DNA of 64,000 nucleotides from Candidatus Krumholzibacteriota bacterium (GTDB taxonomy: Bacteria; Krumholzibacteriota; Krumholzibacteriia; JAJRXK01): NCBI GenBank assembly GCA_963727455.1, contig CAVSGG010000009.1:256001-320000 (forward strand), in the 5' to 3' direction. Numbering within the stretch: position 1 is the stretch's first letter; each line of letters starts with the position of its first letter. Below are positions 38,130 through 47,382 of this stretch, piece by piece. The notes beneath the pieces were generated by a model. It searched no databases, was not told the DNA's origin, and was given only the letters and a program-made list of their open reading frames with translations. The translations under genes and the position numbers were made by a program.

Positions 38130-38798
38130 GTGAACAGACCAGGTTTCGTGCCCTACCAAGCGCCGCGCCTCAGCCTGCAGGAGTCTCTGGCTCGCGGGCG
38201 CGCCTTCTACGACGAGATGAACAAGCGCCGCAGCGTCCGGCAGTTCAGCGACGATCCCGTTCCCCGCGAGTTGATCGAGCTGGCAATCCGCAGCGCATCC
38301 ACCGCGCCCAGTGGGGCCCATCGTCAGCCCTGGAAATTCGTGGCAATCGAGGATCCGCTTCTGCAGCGCGAAATCCGATTGGCGGCCGAGAAGGAGGAGT
38401 ACGCCTCGTACGAGAAGGGCCGGATGCCCGAGGAGTGGATCGAGGCGGTACGTCCCTTGGGGACCAATTGGCAGAAGCCCTACCTGGAGGTGGTTCCCTG
38501 GCTGGTCGTGGTCTTCGCGGAGAGCTACTCGCTCACGCACGAGGGCACCAAGCAGAAGAACTACTACGTGAGCGAGAGCGTGGGACTGGCCTGTGGGCTC
38601 TTCCTCACCGCACTGCACCGGATGGGGCTCGCCACGCTCACCCACACCCCCAGTCCCATGGGCTTTCTCAGCGAAATCCTGCAGCGACCACGCAATGAGA
38701 AGCCCTACATCCTCTTCCCGGTGGGCTATCCCGCCGCAGCTTGCGAGGTTCCGGATCTTCAGCGCAAGAGCCTGGACGCGGTGGCCCTCTTCCGCTAG
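38130..38798 (+). CDS. Nitroreductase, iodotyrosine deiodinase-like
   Basis: RRSVRQFS, APSGAHRQPW, EKEE..Y, LGTNWQKPYLE, YVSESVG, TLTHTPSPM. Confidence 0.88.
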   Translation: MNRPGFVPYQAPRLSLQESLARGRAFYDEMNKRRSVRQFSDDPVPRELIELAIRSASTAPSGAHRQPWKFVAIEDPLLQREIRLAAEKEEYASYEKGRMPEEWIEAVRPLGTNWQKPYLEVVPWLVVVFAESYSLTHEGTKQKNYYVSESVGLACGLFLTALHRMGLATLTHTPSPMGFLSEILQRPRNEKPYILFPVGYPAAACEVPDLQRKSLDAVALFR

Positions 38799-39748
38799 CG
38801 CTTCTCGGGTTCCGCTTCGTCCCGGGGCCTGCCCTCTCGATTCTCGAGGGAAGCCTGGTTCACCAACTGCGCGAGAACCGGTCCACTCGCCTCCCCGAAG
38901 TAGATCGAGCGGTGCGGGAAGGGGATCTCGATGCCGGCCTTGTCGAAGGCATGCTTGATGCGGCGCCTGAATTCGCGTCCGACTTCCCATTGTTTGATCG
39001 GACGGGTGCGCAGGCGGCCTTTGATCACCACGGCCGAGTCGGCGAAGTTGTCCACTCCGAAGACTTCGAGATCCGCCACCATGAGCGGGCCGTAGTGCGA
39101 ATCCTCTTTCAGCTCGGCGCCGACCTTCTTGATCAGCTCGATGACCTCGTCCACATCCTCCTTATAGGCCACTCCGATATCGTAGACATAGGCTGACCAT
39201 TCGCGGGTCATGTTCGACATGGTGTTGACCGTACCATTGGGAAAGACGTGCACCGTGCCGGAAAGATCGCGCAAGATGATCGTGCGAAAGTTGATCTGCT
39301 CCACCAGCCCGCCGGTGCCATTGATGATGGCAACGTCTCCCACGCGGACCTGATTCTCAAGAATCATGAAGAAACCGGCAATGATATCGCGCACGAGATT
39401 CTGGGCCCCGAAGCCGACAGCGACACCCGCAACGCCCGCACTGGCCAGGATGGGACCGATCTCCACCCCGAATTGCCGAAGAACCACCAGCCCCGCCACG
39501 ACCCAGAGCATGATGAGCACCGCTTGGCGCAACAGTCGGACCAGGGTTTCCGCGCGCTTTTCCGCCTCATTGGGCACGTCCCCCGTTTCCTTGCCCCGGC
39601 GCACCAGGTTCTCCTCAAGACGCCGCAGCCCCATTTTCACCAAACTCATGGCGATCCAGAACACCACCAGAACGAGCAGGACCCGCAGAGCGCCCAGGAT
39701 CACCTCTTCCCAACTGATATTCCCGATGAGGTTGGAGATCAAATGCAT
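38795..39748 (-). CDS. Small-conductance mechanosensitive channel (MscS/YbiO-like)
   Basis: AGVAGVAVGFGAQNLVRD..G, ENQVRVGD, GIEIPFP. Confidence 0.93.
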   Translation of the reverse strand: MHLISNLIGNISWEEVILGALRVLLVLVVFWIAMSLVKMGLRRLEENLVRRGKETGDVPNEAEKRAETLVRLLRQAVLIMLWVVAGLVVLRQFGVEIGPILASAGVAGVAVGFGAQNLVRDIIAGFFMILENQVRVGDVAIINGTGGLVEQINFRTIILRDLSGTVHVFPNGTVNTMSNMTREWSAYVYDIGVAYKEDVDEVIELIKKVGAELKEDSHYGPLMVADLEVFGVDNFADSAVVIKGRLRTRPIKQWEVGREFRRRIKHAFDKAGIEIPFPHRSIYFGEASGPVLAQLVNQASLENREGRPRDEAEPEKR

Positions 39749-39893
39749 CCGCGCATCCTTTCCAGGGCTTCGAACCTTGCGAGTGAAGGGTAGAATTCGG
39801 ACCCGAGTCCGTTGAGGGACTGACTAGAAGGTACTATCTTGCCGCATAGCTTCAAGACCGAGGGAAGTCGAAGCTGAAGGAGGTTTCGATTCC

Positions 39894-41063
39894 ATGCGTT
39901 CGATACGGCGGGACTTCGCCCTCTTGGTTGCACTCTTCATTCTTTTCTCTCTGCCAATTCCCTGGCACGAACTCACTTCCGCAGCGCGCGCGGAGGGGCC
40001 CAAACAGCTCATGGACGCCATTCCGGTGAAGCCGACAAACGATTTGCGCGGGCTCGCCGACAATTTGGGCTACGCAACCACGGCCGAACAAATGGACTCG
40101 GTTCTCACTCAGAGCCAAGCCCTCGCCGCCCCGCGCACCAAAGAGCTCATGCACGAGAAAGGCTGGGATCCCAACACTCCCTTCGCCGCGGCAGTCTGTC
40201 CCCACGACGATTACTATTACGCGAGTCGGCTCTATGCGCTGATCGCCCCACACATACGCGCCAAGACCGTCATCCTCTTCGGCGTCTTCCACAAGGCGAG
40301 CGCCTTCAACATCAGCAACAAACTCGTCTTCGGTTCTTACAAAGCATGGAGAGGGCCCTATGGACCGGTGAGCGTCTCGCCGTTGAGGGAGGAGTTGATC
40401 TCGCGTTTGCCCGCCGATCAGTACGTCGTCAACAACGACATGCAGATGGTCGAGCACTCCGTGGAGGGAATTGTACCCTGGCTCCAGGCCTACGACCACG
40501 AGGTGGAGATCGTTCCGATTCTCGTGCCCTACATGGACTGGGAGACCATGGACCACATCTCGCAATCGGTGAGTAAGGCACTGACACAGATCATGAAGGA
40601 AAAGGGATGGAGCTTGGGCAAGGACCTCGTGATCCTCGCCTCCTCCGACGCAGTCCACTACGGTGACAGAGGATGGGGCGGGAACAACTTTGCCGAGTTT
40701 GGCACCGACATCCAGGGCTATGCCAAAGCCGTCGATCGCGATCGTACTCTGGCCGAGCAAGAACTCACGGGCCCTGTGGATCGAAAGAGGCTGAAGCAGT
40801 TCCTCTACACCTGTGTCGACGACAAGGACGTGTCCCAGTACAAGCTCAGCTGGTGCGGCCGTTTCTCGGTGCCCTTCGGCTTGGACGTGGCCTCTCGCGT
40901 GAGCGAGGCCCTCGACTCGCATCCCCTCACCGGCACTCTGCTCGACTACGGAACGAGCGTGGCGGAGGCCTCCCTCGATTTGGACGAGATCCTGGGACTG
41001 GGCGCGACCGCCCCCAACAACCTGCACCACTGGGTGGGCTACGTGGCGATCGGCTACCGCTGA
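39894..41063 (+). CDS. MEMO1-family protein (AmmeMemoRadiSam protein B-like) with signal peptide
   Basis: PHDDYYY, GVFH, EHSVE..PWLQ, SSDAVHYG, WCG, WVGY. Confidence 0.8.
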   Translation: MRSIRRDFALLVALFILFSLPIPWHELTSAARAEGPKQLMDAIPVKPTNDLRGLADNLGYATTAEQMDSVLTQSQALAAPRTKELMHEKGWDPNTPFAAAVCPHDDYYYASRLYALIAPHIRAKTVILFGVFHKASAFNISNKLVFGSYKAWRGPYGPVSVSPLREELISRLPADQYVVNNDMQMVEHSVEGIVPWLQAYDHEVEIVPILVPYMDWETMDHISQSVSKALTQIMKEKGWSLGKDLVILASSDAVHYGDRGWGGNNFAEFGTDIQGYAKAVDRDRTLAEQELTGPVDRKRLKQFLYTCVDDKDVSQYKLSWCGRFSVPFGLDVASRVSEALDSHPLTGTLLDYGTSVAEASLDLDEILGLGATAPNNLHHWVGYVAIGYR

Positions 41064-41087
41064 GCCCCACTGAGCCCTCGGCCTTGC

Positions 41088-41133
41088 ATAAGTGTCACCG
41101 GAACACTATTTAGTGGGTGTCATGTTGACCAAG
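41088..41133. promoter_or_regulatory. Putative tandem NrtR boxes
   Basis: AAGTGT-CACCGGA-ACACTA and GGTGT-CATGTTG-ACCAA both fit the GT-N7-AC NrtR core. The second overlaps the nrtR start. Confidence 0.6.
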
Positions 41134-41844
41134 GCCGAGAAACCCAGTCTGGAGATGCCGGCCGCGCGCCGGCTTCCTTCCTTCCCCCTGACGGTGGATA
41201 CGGTCATTTTGACCATCCTGGAGGGGGAACTGAAGGTGGTGCTGGTGAAGCGTCTCGACGAGCCCTTTGCCGGTCTTTGGGCCCTTCCCGGCGGTTTTGT
41301 CCACGAGAAGGAGAGCCTCGAGTCGGCGGCCCGGCGGGAATTGCGAGAGGCCACCGGAGCGCAGGACGTCTACCTGGAACAGCTGTACACCTTCGGCGAA
41401 CCCCAGCGTGACACGCGGGGACGAGTGGTGAGCGTGGCGTACGTCGCCCTGGTGGCGGCGGATCGCTGTCCCCTCACCCCACACCGGCTCGAAGCCGAGG
41501 CCCGCTGGTTCTCGGTCTACGAGTTGCCCGCGATGGCCTTCGACCATCGCGAGATGTTGGACACGGCCCTGTCGAGGGTGCGCACGAAACTGGAGTATAC
41601 CACTCTGGGTTTTCAGTTGATGCCCGCGACCTTCACTCTCAAAGAACTGCAGTCGAGCTACGAGATCGTGTTGCATCGTTCCCTGGACAAACGGAATTTT
41701 CGCCGCCGCCTGAAGCTCCTGGATTTGGTCGAAGCGGTTGGAGAGAAGCGAGCGGAGGGTCCGGGACGTCCAGCCATGCTCTATCGATTCAAGGATGTCG
41801 ATTTCCTCCATCTCCGTGAAAAGGGCTTCTTTTTGCCCTTCTGA
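41122..41844 (+). CDS. nrtR: Nudix-related transcriptional regulator
   Basis: WALPGGFV, LEQLYTFG..RD.RGR, MAFDH, and wHTH LDKRNFRR..GRPA. Lies upstream of nadA. Confidence 0.88.
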   Translation: MLTKAEKPSLEMPAARRLPSFPLTVDTVILTILEGELKVVLVKRLDEPFAGLWALPGGFVHEKESLESAARRELREATGAQDVYLEQLYTFGEPQRDTRGRVVSVAYVALVAADRCPLTPHRLEAEARWFSVYELPAMAFDHREMLDTALSRVRTKLEYTTLGFQLMPATFTLKELQSSYEIVLHRSLDKRNFRRRLKLLDLVEAVGEKRAEGPGRPAMLYRFKDVDFLHLREKGFFLPF

Positions 41845-41862
41845 TGTCTCGAGGTGTCTTCC

Positions 41863-43014
41863 ATGCCAGAAGAGATGATGCAAAAGACCTATACACCTCT
41901 CCCCGAGGAACTCACGGGGCTTTCTGCCGAGGAAACGCAAACGCGGATTGCAGAGGCCAGGGCGAAGCTGGGTTCCAGGGTGATCCTCTTGGGCCATCAC
42001 TACCAGGCGGACGAGATCCTCCGTCACGCGGACGCCACCGGAGATTCTTTCAAGCTGGCACAGCACGCCGCCGCGCAGAAGGAGTCACCCTACGTGGTCT
42101 TCTGCGGAGTGCACTTCATGGCCGAGAGCGCCGACATCCTCACCGGGGGGAACCAGACGGTGCTCCTCCCCGACATGGGCGCCGGATGTTCCATGGCGGA
42201 CATGGCGCGGCTCGATCAGGTCGAGGAGGCATGGGAGATCCTGGAGGGACTCGGCGTGGACGAGATCATCCCCATCACCTACATGAACTCCACGGCCGAG
42301 ATCAAAGCTTTCTGCGGACGACGTGGTGGCGTCGTGTGCACTTCTTCCAACGCGAGCGCCGTTCTTCGCTGGGCATTCGAACGCGGTAAGCGCGCCTTCT
42401 TCTTTCCCGATCAACACCTCGGTCGCAACACAGGATACTCCATGGGCATTCCCCTTTCGCGAATGCCCCTTTGGGATCCTCGGATGCCGGACGGCGGAAG
42501 CGAAGCGCAGGTCTATCGCGATGCGAAACTCATCTTGTGGCGCGGACACTGTAGCGTGCACCAGATCTTCAATCCGCAGAACATCGATTGGCTGCGCGCC
42601 AATGATCCAAAGCGAAGGGTGCTCGTGCATCCGGAGTGCAACTTCGAGGTGGTGCAGAACGCAGACCTGGTGGGAAGCACGGAGTTCATCATCAAGCAGG
42701 TGCGCCAAGCTCCGGCAGGATCGAAATGGGCGATCGGAACCGAATATCACCTGGTGAACCGCCTGGCCAACGAACACCCCGAACAGGATATTCGCAGTCT
42801 CTCGGCTATCCAATGCGCCTGCGCCACCATGTATCGCATCGACCCCCCTCACCTCCTGCACAGTCTGCAGGAGCTGGTGGAGGACCGCGAGGTCAATCCC
42901 ATCCACGTGCCCGAGGACGTAGCTGCCGGGGCCCGCATGGCGCTTCAGCGGATGCTCGCCCTGAAGGGAGACGGACGCGTGGCGCAAAAGGCAAAGACGG
43001 TGATGGCCAGCTAG
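41863..43014 (+). CDS. nadA: Quinolinate synthase A
   Basis: GHHYQ, GDS, FCGVHFMAE, AGCSMA, YMNS, CTSSNA, PDQHLG, CSVH, HPEC, C.TM. Confidence 0.96.
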   Translation: MPEEMMQKTYTPLPEELTGLSAEETQTRIAEARAKLGSRVILLGHHYQADEILRHADATGDSFKLAQHAAAQKESPYVVFCGVHFMAESADILTGGNQTVLLPDMGAGCSMADMARLDQVEEAWEILEGLGVDEIIPITYMNSTAEIKAFCGRRGGVVCTSSNASAVLRWAFERGKRAFFFPDQHLGRNTGYSMGIPLSRMPLWDPRMPDGGSEAQVYRDAKLILWRGHCSVHQIFNPQNIDWLRANDPKRRVLVHPECNFEVVQNADLVGSTEFIIKQVRQAPAGSKWAIGTEYHLVNRLANEHPEQDIRSLSAIQCACATMYRIDPPHLLHSLQELVEDREVNPIHVPEDVAAGARMALQRMLALKGDGRVAQKAKTVMAS

Positions 43015-43110
43015 TCCGAGCCACTTAGTCCCCCGCGGGAATCACAGCGGGAAAAAGCGTGTATACTTACGAGTCGCTGTGTTTCGATTTCCCCTCAGAA
43101 AGACACGATC

Positions 43111-44052
43111 ATGTCTCAGCAATTCCGCTCCACCAAGTTCGCGGGCAACACCAGGCGTAACCTCGCTTGGGGCCTATGGGCCCCTCTCGCCCTCGCAGTG
43201 CTTCTGTGGCAATCCGCTCCCGCGCTGGCGAAGGCAGCACCGGCACTGGACCACGTCATCGTGGTGATCATGGAAAATCACAGCTATGACCAGGTCGTCG
43301 CTGCGCCCTACATTTCCACCCTCATCAGCGGCGGCGTGCTCTTCACCAACTCCTACGGAGTCACCCATCCCTCGCAGCCGAACTACCTGGCGCTGTGGGC
43401 GGGCGGTACCCAGGGCGTGACCAACGACGTCTGCCCCTCGCCCGGCCAGCCGTACTCCACCGAGAATCTGGGGCATGCCTGCGAAGCAGCCGGTGTCAGC
43501 TGGCGGGCGTACTCGGAGGATCTGCCCGCGGTGGGAAGCACTGTGTGCACCGCCAACAGTTCGCTGTACGCGCGCAAACACGAGCCCTGGACCGACTTTT
43601 CCAATCTCGATCACACCCGCGAGCGACCCTACTCCGAGCTCGCGAGCGACATCGCCGCCGGAACTCTTCCCCAGCTTTCCTTCGTGGTGCCCAACCAGTG
43701 CAACGACATGCACAGCTGTTCCGTGGCCACCGCCGACGCGTGGCTGGCTGCCAACATCCCGGCGATGCTGGATGCGGTGGGACCGCGCGGAATGGTGGTG
43801 CTCACCTTCGACGAGGACGACAGCCACTCGGGAAACCACGTACTCACCGTGTTCGCCGGACCTGCGGTGCAGGCGGGACAGACTTCCACCCAGCATCTCA
43901 ACCACTACACGGTGCTTCGCTGCCTCTGCGAAGTATTGGGATTGACTCCCTTCGCGGCAGCAACAAACGAGAGCTCCATCACGGGCATCTGGTCCCAGAC
44001 CGTGGCGGCGCAATCGACTGGGTTCGGCGGGCTCAAAGCCAGATTCCGTTGA
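43111..44052 (+). CDS. Secreted phosphoesterase / acid phosphatase
   Basis: DHVIVVIMENHSYD, HPSQPNY, YARKHEP, NDMH, TFDED. C-terminal FGGLKARFR. Confidence 0.88.
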   Translation: MSQQFRSTKFAGNTRRNLAWGLWAPLALAVLLWQSAPALAKAAPALDHVIVVIMENHSYDQVVAAPYISTLISGGVLFTNSYGVTHPSQPNYLALWAGGTQGVTNDVCPSPGQPYSTENLGHACEAAGVSWRAYSEDLPAVGSTVCTANSSLYARKHEPWTDFSNLDHTRERPYSELASDIAAGTLPQLSFVVPNQCNDMHSCSVATADAWLAANIPAMLDAVGPRGMVVLTFDEDDSHSGNHVLTVFAGPAVQAGQTSTQHLNHYTVLRCLCEVLGLTPFAAATNESSITGIWSQTVAAQSTGFGGLKARFR

Positions 44053-44067
44053 GATGATGCCCTGGGG

Positions 44068-46692
44068 TTACTCGGGATTCTTCTGAGTTGTGCGTTCGAT
44101 GGTGTAGAGCACCGAGTCGTAGTACCAGCCGGAATAGGCGACCGATTTCAGGTCCTCCGCCATCGAGATCGAGACGATGTTGAGCAGGCCGGTTCGATCG
44201 CTCCCGCCGAGCGTCGCAACTCTCGTGCGCTCGCCAGTGGCGATCTCGACGCGATCCAGCAAGGTGGGAATCGTACTCCCTTCAAAGCAGTAGAGTGCGG
44301 ATCCGTCAAGACTCCAGCGAACGAGCTGGTCCCGGGATGACATCGATTTCACTTTCTGGGGCTCTTTCGCCCCCGAGATCGAGTACAGCGACCAGCCGTC
44401 CTGGGACAGCGCAACGAAGAGCTTGCCATCCGGAGAGGGCAGGCCCTCCCGGATGCCGGCCGGACCCACCGGCTTCGGCTCTGTCGCAACCCCGCTGATC
44501 AGGAAGCAGCGGGGCGGCTGGCCCGCCACGTTTCCACTCACCAGCACCTCGCTCTCGCCCGGTAGCCAGTACGTCGCTCCGATGTTTTCGAATCCCCCGT
44601 GGTCCAGGCGCACCGGCTGACCCGCACCCACCGGGTAGCGCATGATGCGTGGGGGTGTGCTGGGAACGACCGCAAGTACGGACTTGCCGTCCTGTGAGAG
44701 TTGCTCCGCAATTCCCTCTCCCAGGCGAACGATCGCGCCTCCTTCGGTGGAGCGGAGGGTCACCCCGTAATTCGGTCCGCCGTCTTCAGCCTGATCGCAG
44801 AACACCACCGTCTTGGCATCGGCTGAGAGCACCGGAGCAACGGAGCCGTCGAGCCAGGAGATGTCCCTTGCCTCTTTGTCGCCGGCGCCCTTGAACATGA
44901 TTCGAAACGGATAGTCGTCCCGGGTCGCGAGCCAGGTACCATTCACTGCGATATCGTGGATCGTCAACAGTCCAGCGCTCTGACGTACCAGTCTTGCGTT
45001 TCCCTGAAGGCCGACGCGGAACACCGAGAAATCGCTCCCGTTGAGGGTTGCACTGAAGAGTACTGCGGCACCGTCCTGCGACCAGGCCAACCCCTCCATG
45101 CCCCAGTATCCCGAGCTAAGCACCCGCACATGGCCCTTGCGATCGACGAGCTTGACCGATCCCCGATCGTCCCAGCGCCAGGGATGCTCCATGAACGCGA
45201 CCTGTTCACCGTCGCGTGAGACCCTCAGGTCGCTGAGGTAGCCGGCCGATTCGTAGAGGACCCTTCCGATGGGATACTCCAGCCGATCTTTCCCATCGAC
45301 CTCGTGGATGATGGCAAACTGCGTGCCGTCAGGCGACCAATCCGCTTCGCGGACGCCCTCCAGGACTTCCCGTGGGGCAGCACCTTCCAGTGGCATGCGC
45401 GCCAGGGTGCCGCTGAAGAGACGGTGATGTCCCGTGTAACGCGCATTGACCAGAACCGCCAATTCACCCTGCGAGGAGATGGCAAGCAGATGGACGTTCT
45501 GCGTTCCGAGTGGCTGTGGCGCGGGATACTCGGGACGGATGATGTAGAGTTGGGTCCGGTTTCCCTCCAGTGCGCTGCTCAAGACGATGGTCTTTCCGTC
45601 GGGCATGAAGCGAGCGGTGAAGATGGCCTGCTTGCGGTAGGTCTTGCGGTGGTACTGAACCTCGGTTGACTCGCTGGCCGGCCGATCTCTGCGACCGAAG
45701 ACGAAGGCGGTGGCCGAGGCCGCGAGAACAGCTAAGACTACCGCCGCCCAGAGCGGCCAGCGCGGACCGCGCCGTGCCCAAGTGGTGGTGGAAGCGGTGT
45801 TGTACTGCGTACCGCTCTCGTCTTCGGTCTGCAGCCACCGCAGTTGCAAACCGACATCGTGCACCGTCTGCACCCGCTCCTCGGGGTCCTTGGCCAGGCA
45901 GGCCTGAATCAAGCGGTCCAGAGCGGGCGGCGAGGCGGGCGCGAGTTCCTTCAGCGCACGCGGTGCTTGACCCATAATGGCAGCGATGAGGCTGGCCTGG
46001 CTGTTTCCGTCGAAGGCTCTCTTGCCCGTGGCCATTTCGTAGAGGACACATCCGAGCGCCCATACGTCGCTCCGCTCGTCAGCCTCTTTGCCTTCGAGCT
46101 GCTCGGGAGACATGTACTGGAAGGTGCCGAGGATCGTGCCCGCCGCAGTCAAGGGCTGCGCGATGGTCGGCGACTCGGCGAGCTGGCTCACGCCCACTGC
46201 GCCGGCTTGGGAGGAACCCCCAGCGCGCGCCAAACCGAAGTCCATCAGCTTGGCCCCCGCCTTGGAGAGCATGATGTTCCCCGGCTTGAGATCACGATGG
46301 ACGATTCCGGCGCGGTGAGCACGGGTGAGGGCGCTGCAAATCTGCGTGCCCAAAGTGAGAATTTCGGCGAGCGGCAAGGGATCCCTGTCGAGTCGATCGG
46401 CCAGGGTCTCCCCCTCGATGAGCTCCATCACCAGGTAGTGGGTGTCCCCTTCGCGGCCGACGTCGAACAAAGTGCAGATGTGGGGATGATTGAGCGAGGA
46501 CACCGCCCGCGCTTCACGCTCGAAGCGGGAGCGCACCTCCGGCTGAGCCGAGAGATGCTCCGGCAGAACCTTGACCGCGACCTCACGGTCCAGACGCGTA
46601 TCGCGCGCACGATAGACCTCCCCCATTCCCCCGGCGCCGAGCTGAGAGAGGATTTCGTAGGGACCGAGCTTTGTGCCGGGTGAAATCTGCAT
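44068..46692 (-). CDS. Ser/Thr protein kinase with TM segment and PD40/TolB-like propeller
   Basis: LGAGGMGEVY, VAVK, HRDLKPGN, DFG, YMSPEQ, plus WSPDG repeats. Confidence 0.95.
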   Translation of the reverse strand: MQISPGTKLGPYEILSQLGAGGMGEVYRARDTRLDREVAVKVLPEHLSAQPEVRSRFEREARAVSSLNHPHICTLFDVGREGDTHYLVMELIEGETLADRLDRDPLPLAEILTLGTQICSALTRAHRAGIVHRDLKPGNIMLSKAGAKLMDFGLARAGGSSQAGAVGVSQLAESPTIAQPLTAAGTILGTFQYMSPEQLEGKEADERSDVWALGCVLYEMATGKRAFDGNSQASLIAAIMGQAPRALKELAPASPPALDRLIQACLAKDPEERVQTVHDVGLQLRWLQTEDESGTQYNTASTTTWARRGPRWPLWAAVVLAVLAASATAFVFGRRDRPASESTEVQYHRKTYRKQAIFTARFMPDGKTIVLSSALEGNRTQLYIIRPEYPAPQPLGTQNVHLLAISSQGELAVLVNARYTGHHRLFSGTLARMPLEGAAPREVLEGVREADWSPDGTQFAIIHEVDGKDRLEYPIGRVLYESAGYLSDLRVSRDGEQVAFMEHPWRWDDRGSVKLVDRKGHVRVLSSGYWGMEGLAWSQDGAAVLFSATLNGSDFSVFRVGLQGNARLVRQSAGLLTIHDIAVNGTWLATRDDYPFRIMFKGAGDKEARDISWLDGSVAPVLSADAKTVVFCDQAEDGGPNYGVTLRSTEGGAIVRLGEGIAEQLSQDGKSVLAVVPSTPPRIMRYPVGAGQPVRLDHGGFENIGATYWLPGESEVLVSGNVAGQPPRCFLISGVATEPKPVGPAGIREGLPSPDGKLFVALSQDGWSLYSISGAKEPQKVKSMSSRDQLVRWSLDGSALYCFEGSTIPTLLDRVEIATGERTRVATLGGSDRTGLLNIVSISMAEDLKSVAYSGWYYDSVLYTIERTTQKNPE

Positions 46693-46921
46693 GTGGATCA
46701 GTCTACAAGAAGCCTCGACTCGCGCCCATCACTCTGTAAACGCGCGAGCTGCAGTCGTCCGCGGTTAGCCAGCGAGAACAATCCGAGAAATAACAGAAGA
46801 TGCGGAGGTCTTCTGGAGGAAAGTTCGTCTCTCTTATCAAGACGGTGAACCGCGGCGCGGAGGGCAGCGGTCGACACCTGGGACATGTTGATTTCTCACG
46901 AAGCTCCCAGGAGGCAAGATC

Positions 46922-47311
46922 ATGAAATTCCACGCCCGGAACGAAGGTTCCCTCACCATCGTCACGGTCGCCGGCAGCATGGTCGGTGGACCCGCCGCCG
47001 ACAAATTCCGCGAATTCATCTTGAAGCTGGTCGAGGATGGTGCGCGCCGAGTGATCCTCGATCTCACCCAGGTCCCCTACGTGGCGTCACCGGGAATCGG
47101 CATGATCGTGGCTGCCCAGGCCTCTCTCTCCAACCGAGGCGGGGAGCTGAGGGTCGCGATCGCCACTGAGCGCGTGAAGAACCTCTTTCACATCATTCGG
47201 CTTGCCAGAATGATCCGGGTCTTCGAGGGCCTGCAGGAGGCGATCGACTCCTTCCGCGAGAAGAACAAGGTCTACGCAGAGGCCGCACAGACCGCGCGCG
47301 CCGGCCACTGA
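46922..47311 (+). CDS. STAS-domain anti-sigma factor antagonist
   Basis: VILDLTQVPYVASPGIG motif, 129 aa. Confidence 0.85.
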   Translation: MKFHARNEGSLTIVTVAGSMVGGPAADKFREFILKLVEDGARRVILDLTQVPYVASPGIGMIVAAQASLSNRGGELRVAIATERVKNLFHIIRLARMIRVFEGLQEAIDSFREKNKVYAEAAQTARAGH

Positions 47312-47382
47312 GCACTGGCGCGCGGTGTCGAGCTTCGCCACAGAATTCCAGGGCTCATAGGGACGGAGCGAGCTGCCGTCAG

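Noticed and set aside
46810-46890. SAM-I riboswitch (CTCTTATCAAGA) or RNase P (GAGGAAAGT) look-alike
   Set aside because: Only short seeds match. The downstream conserved elements are missing, and the gene context (STAS protein) does not fit.
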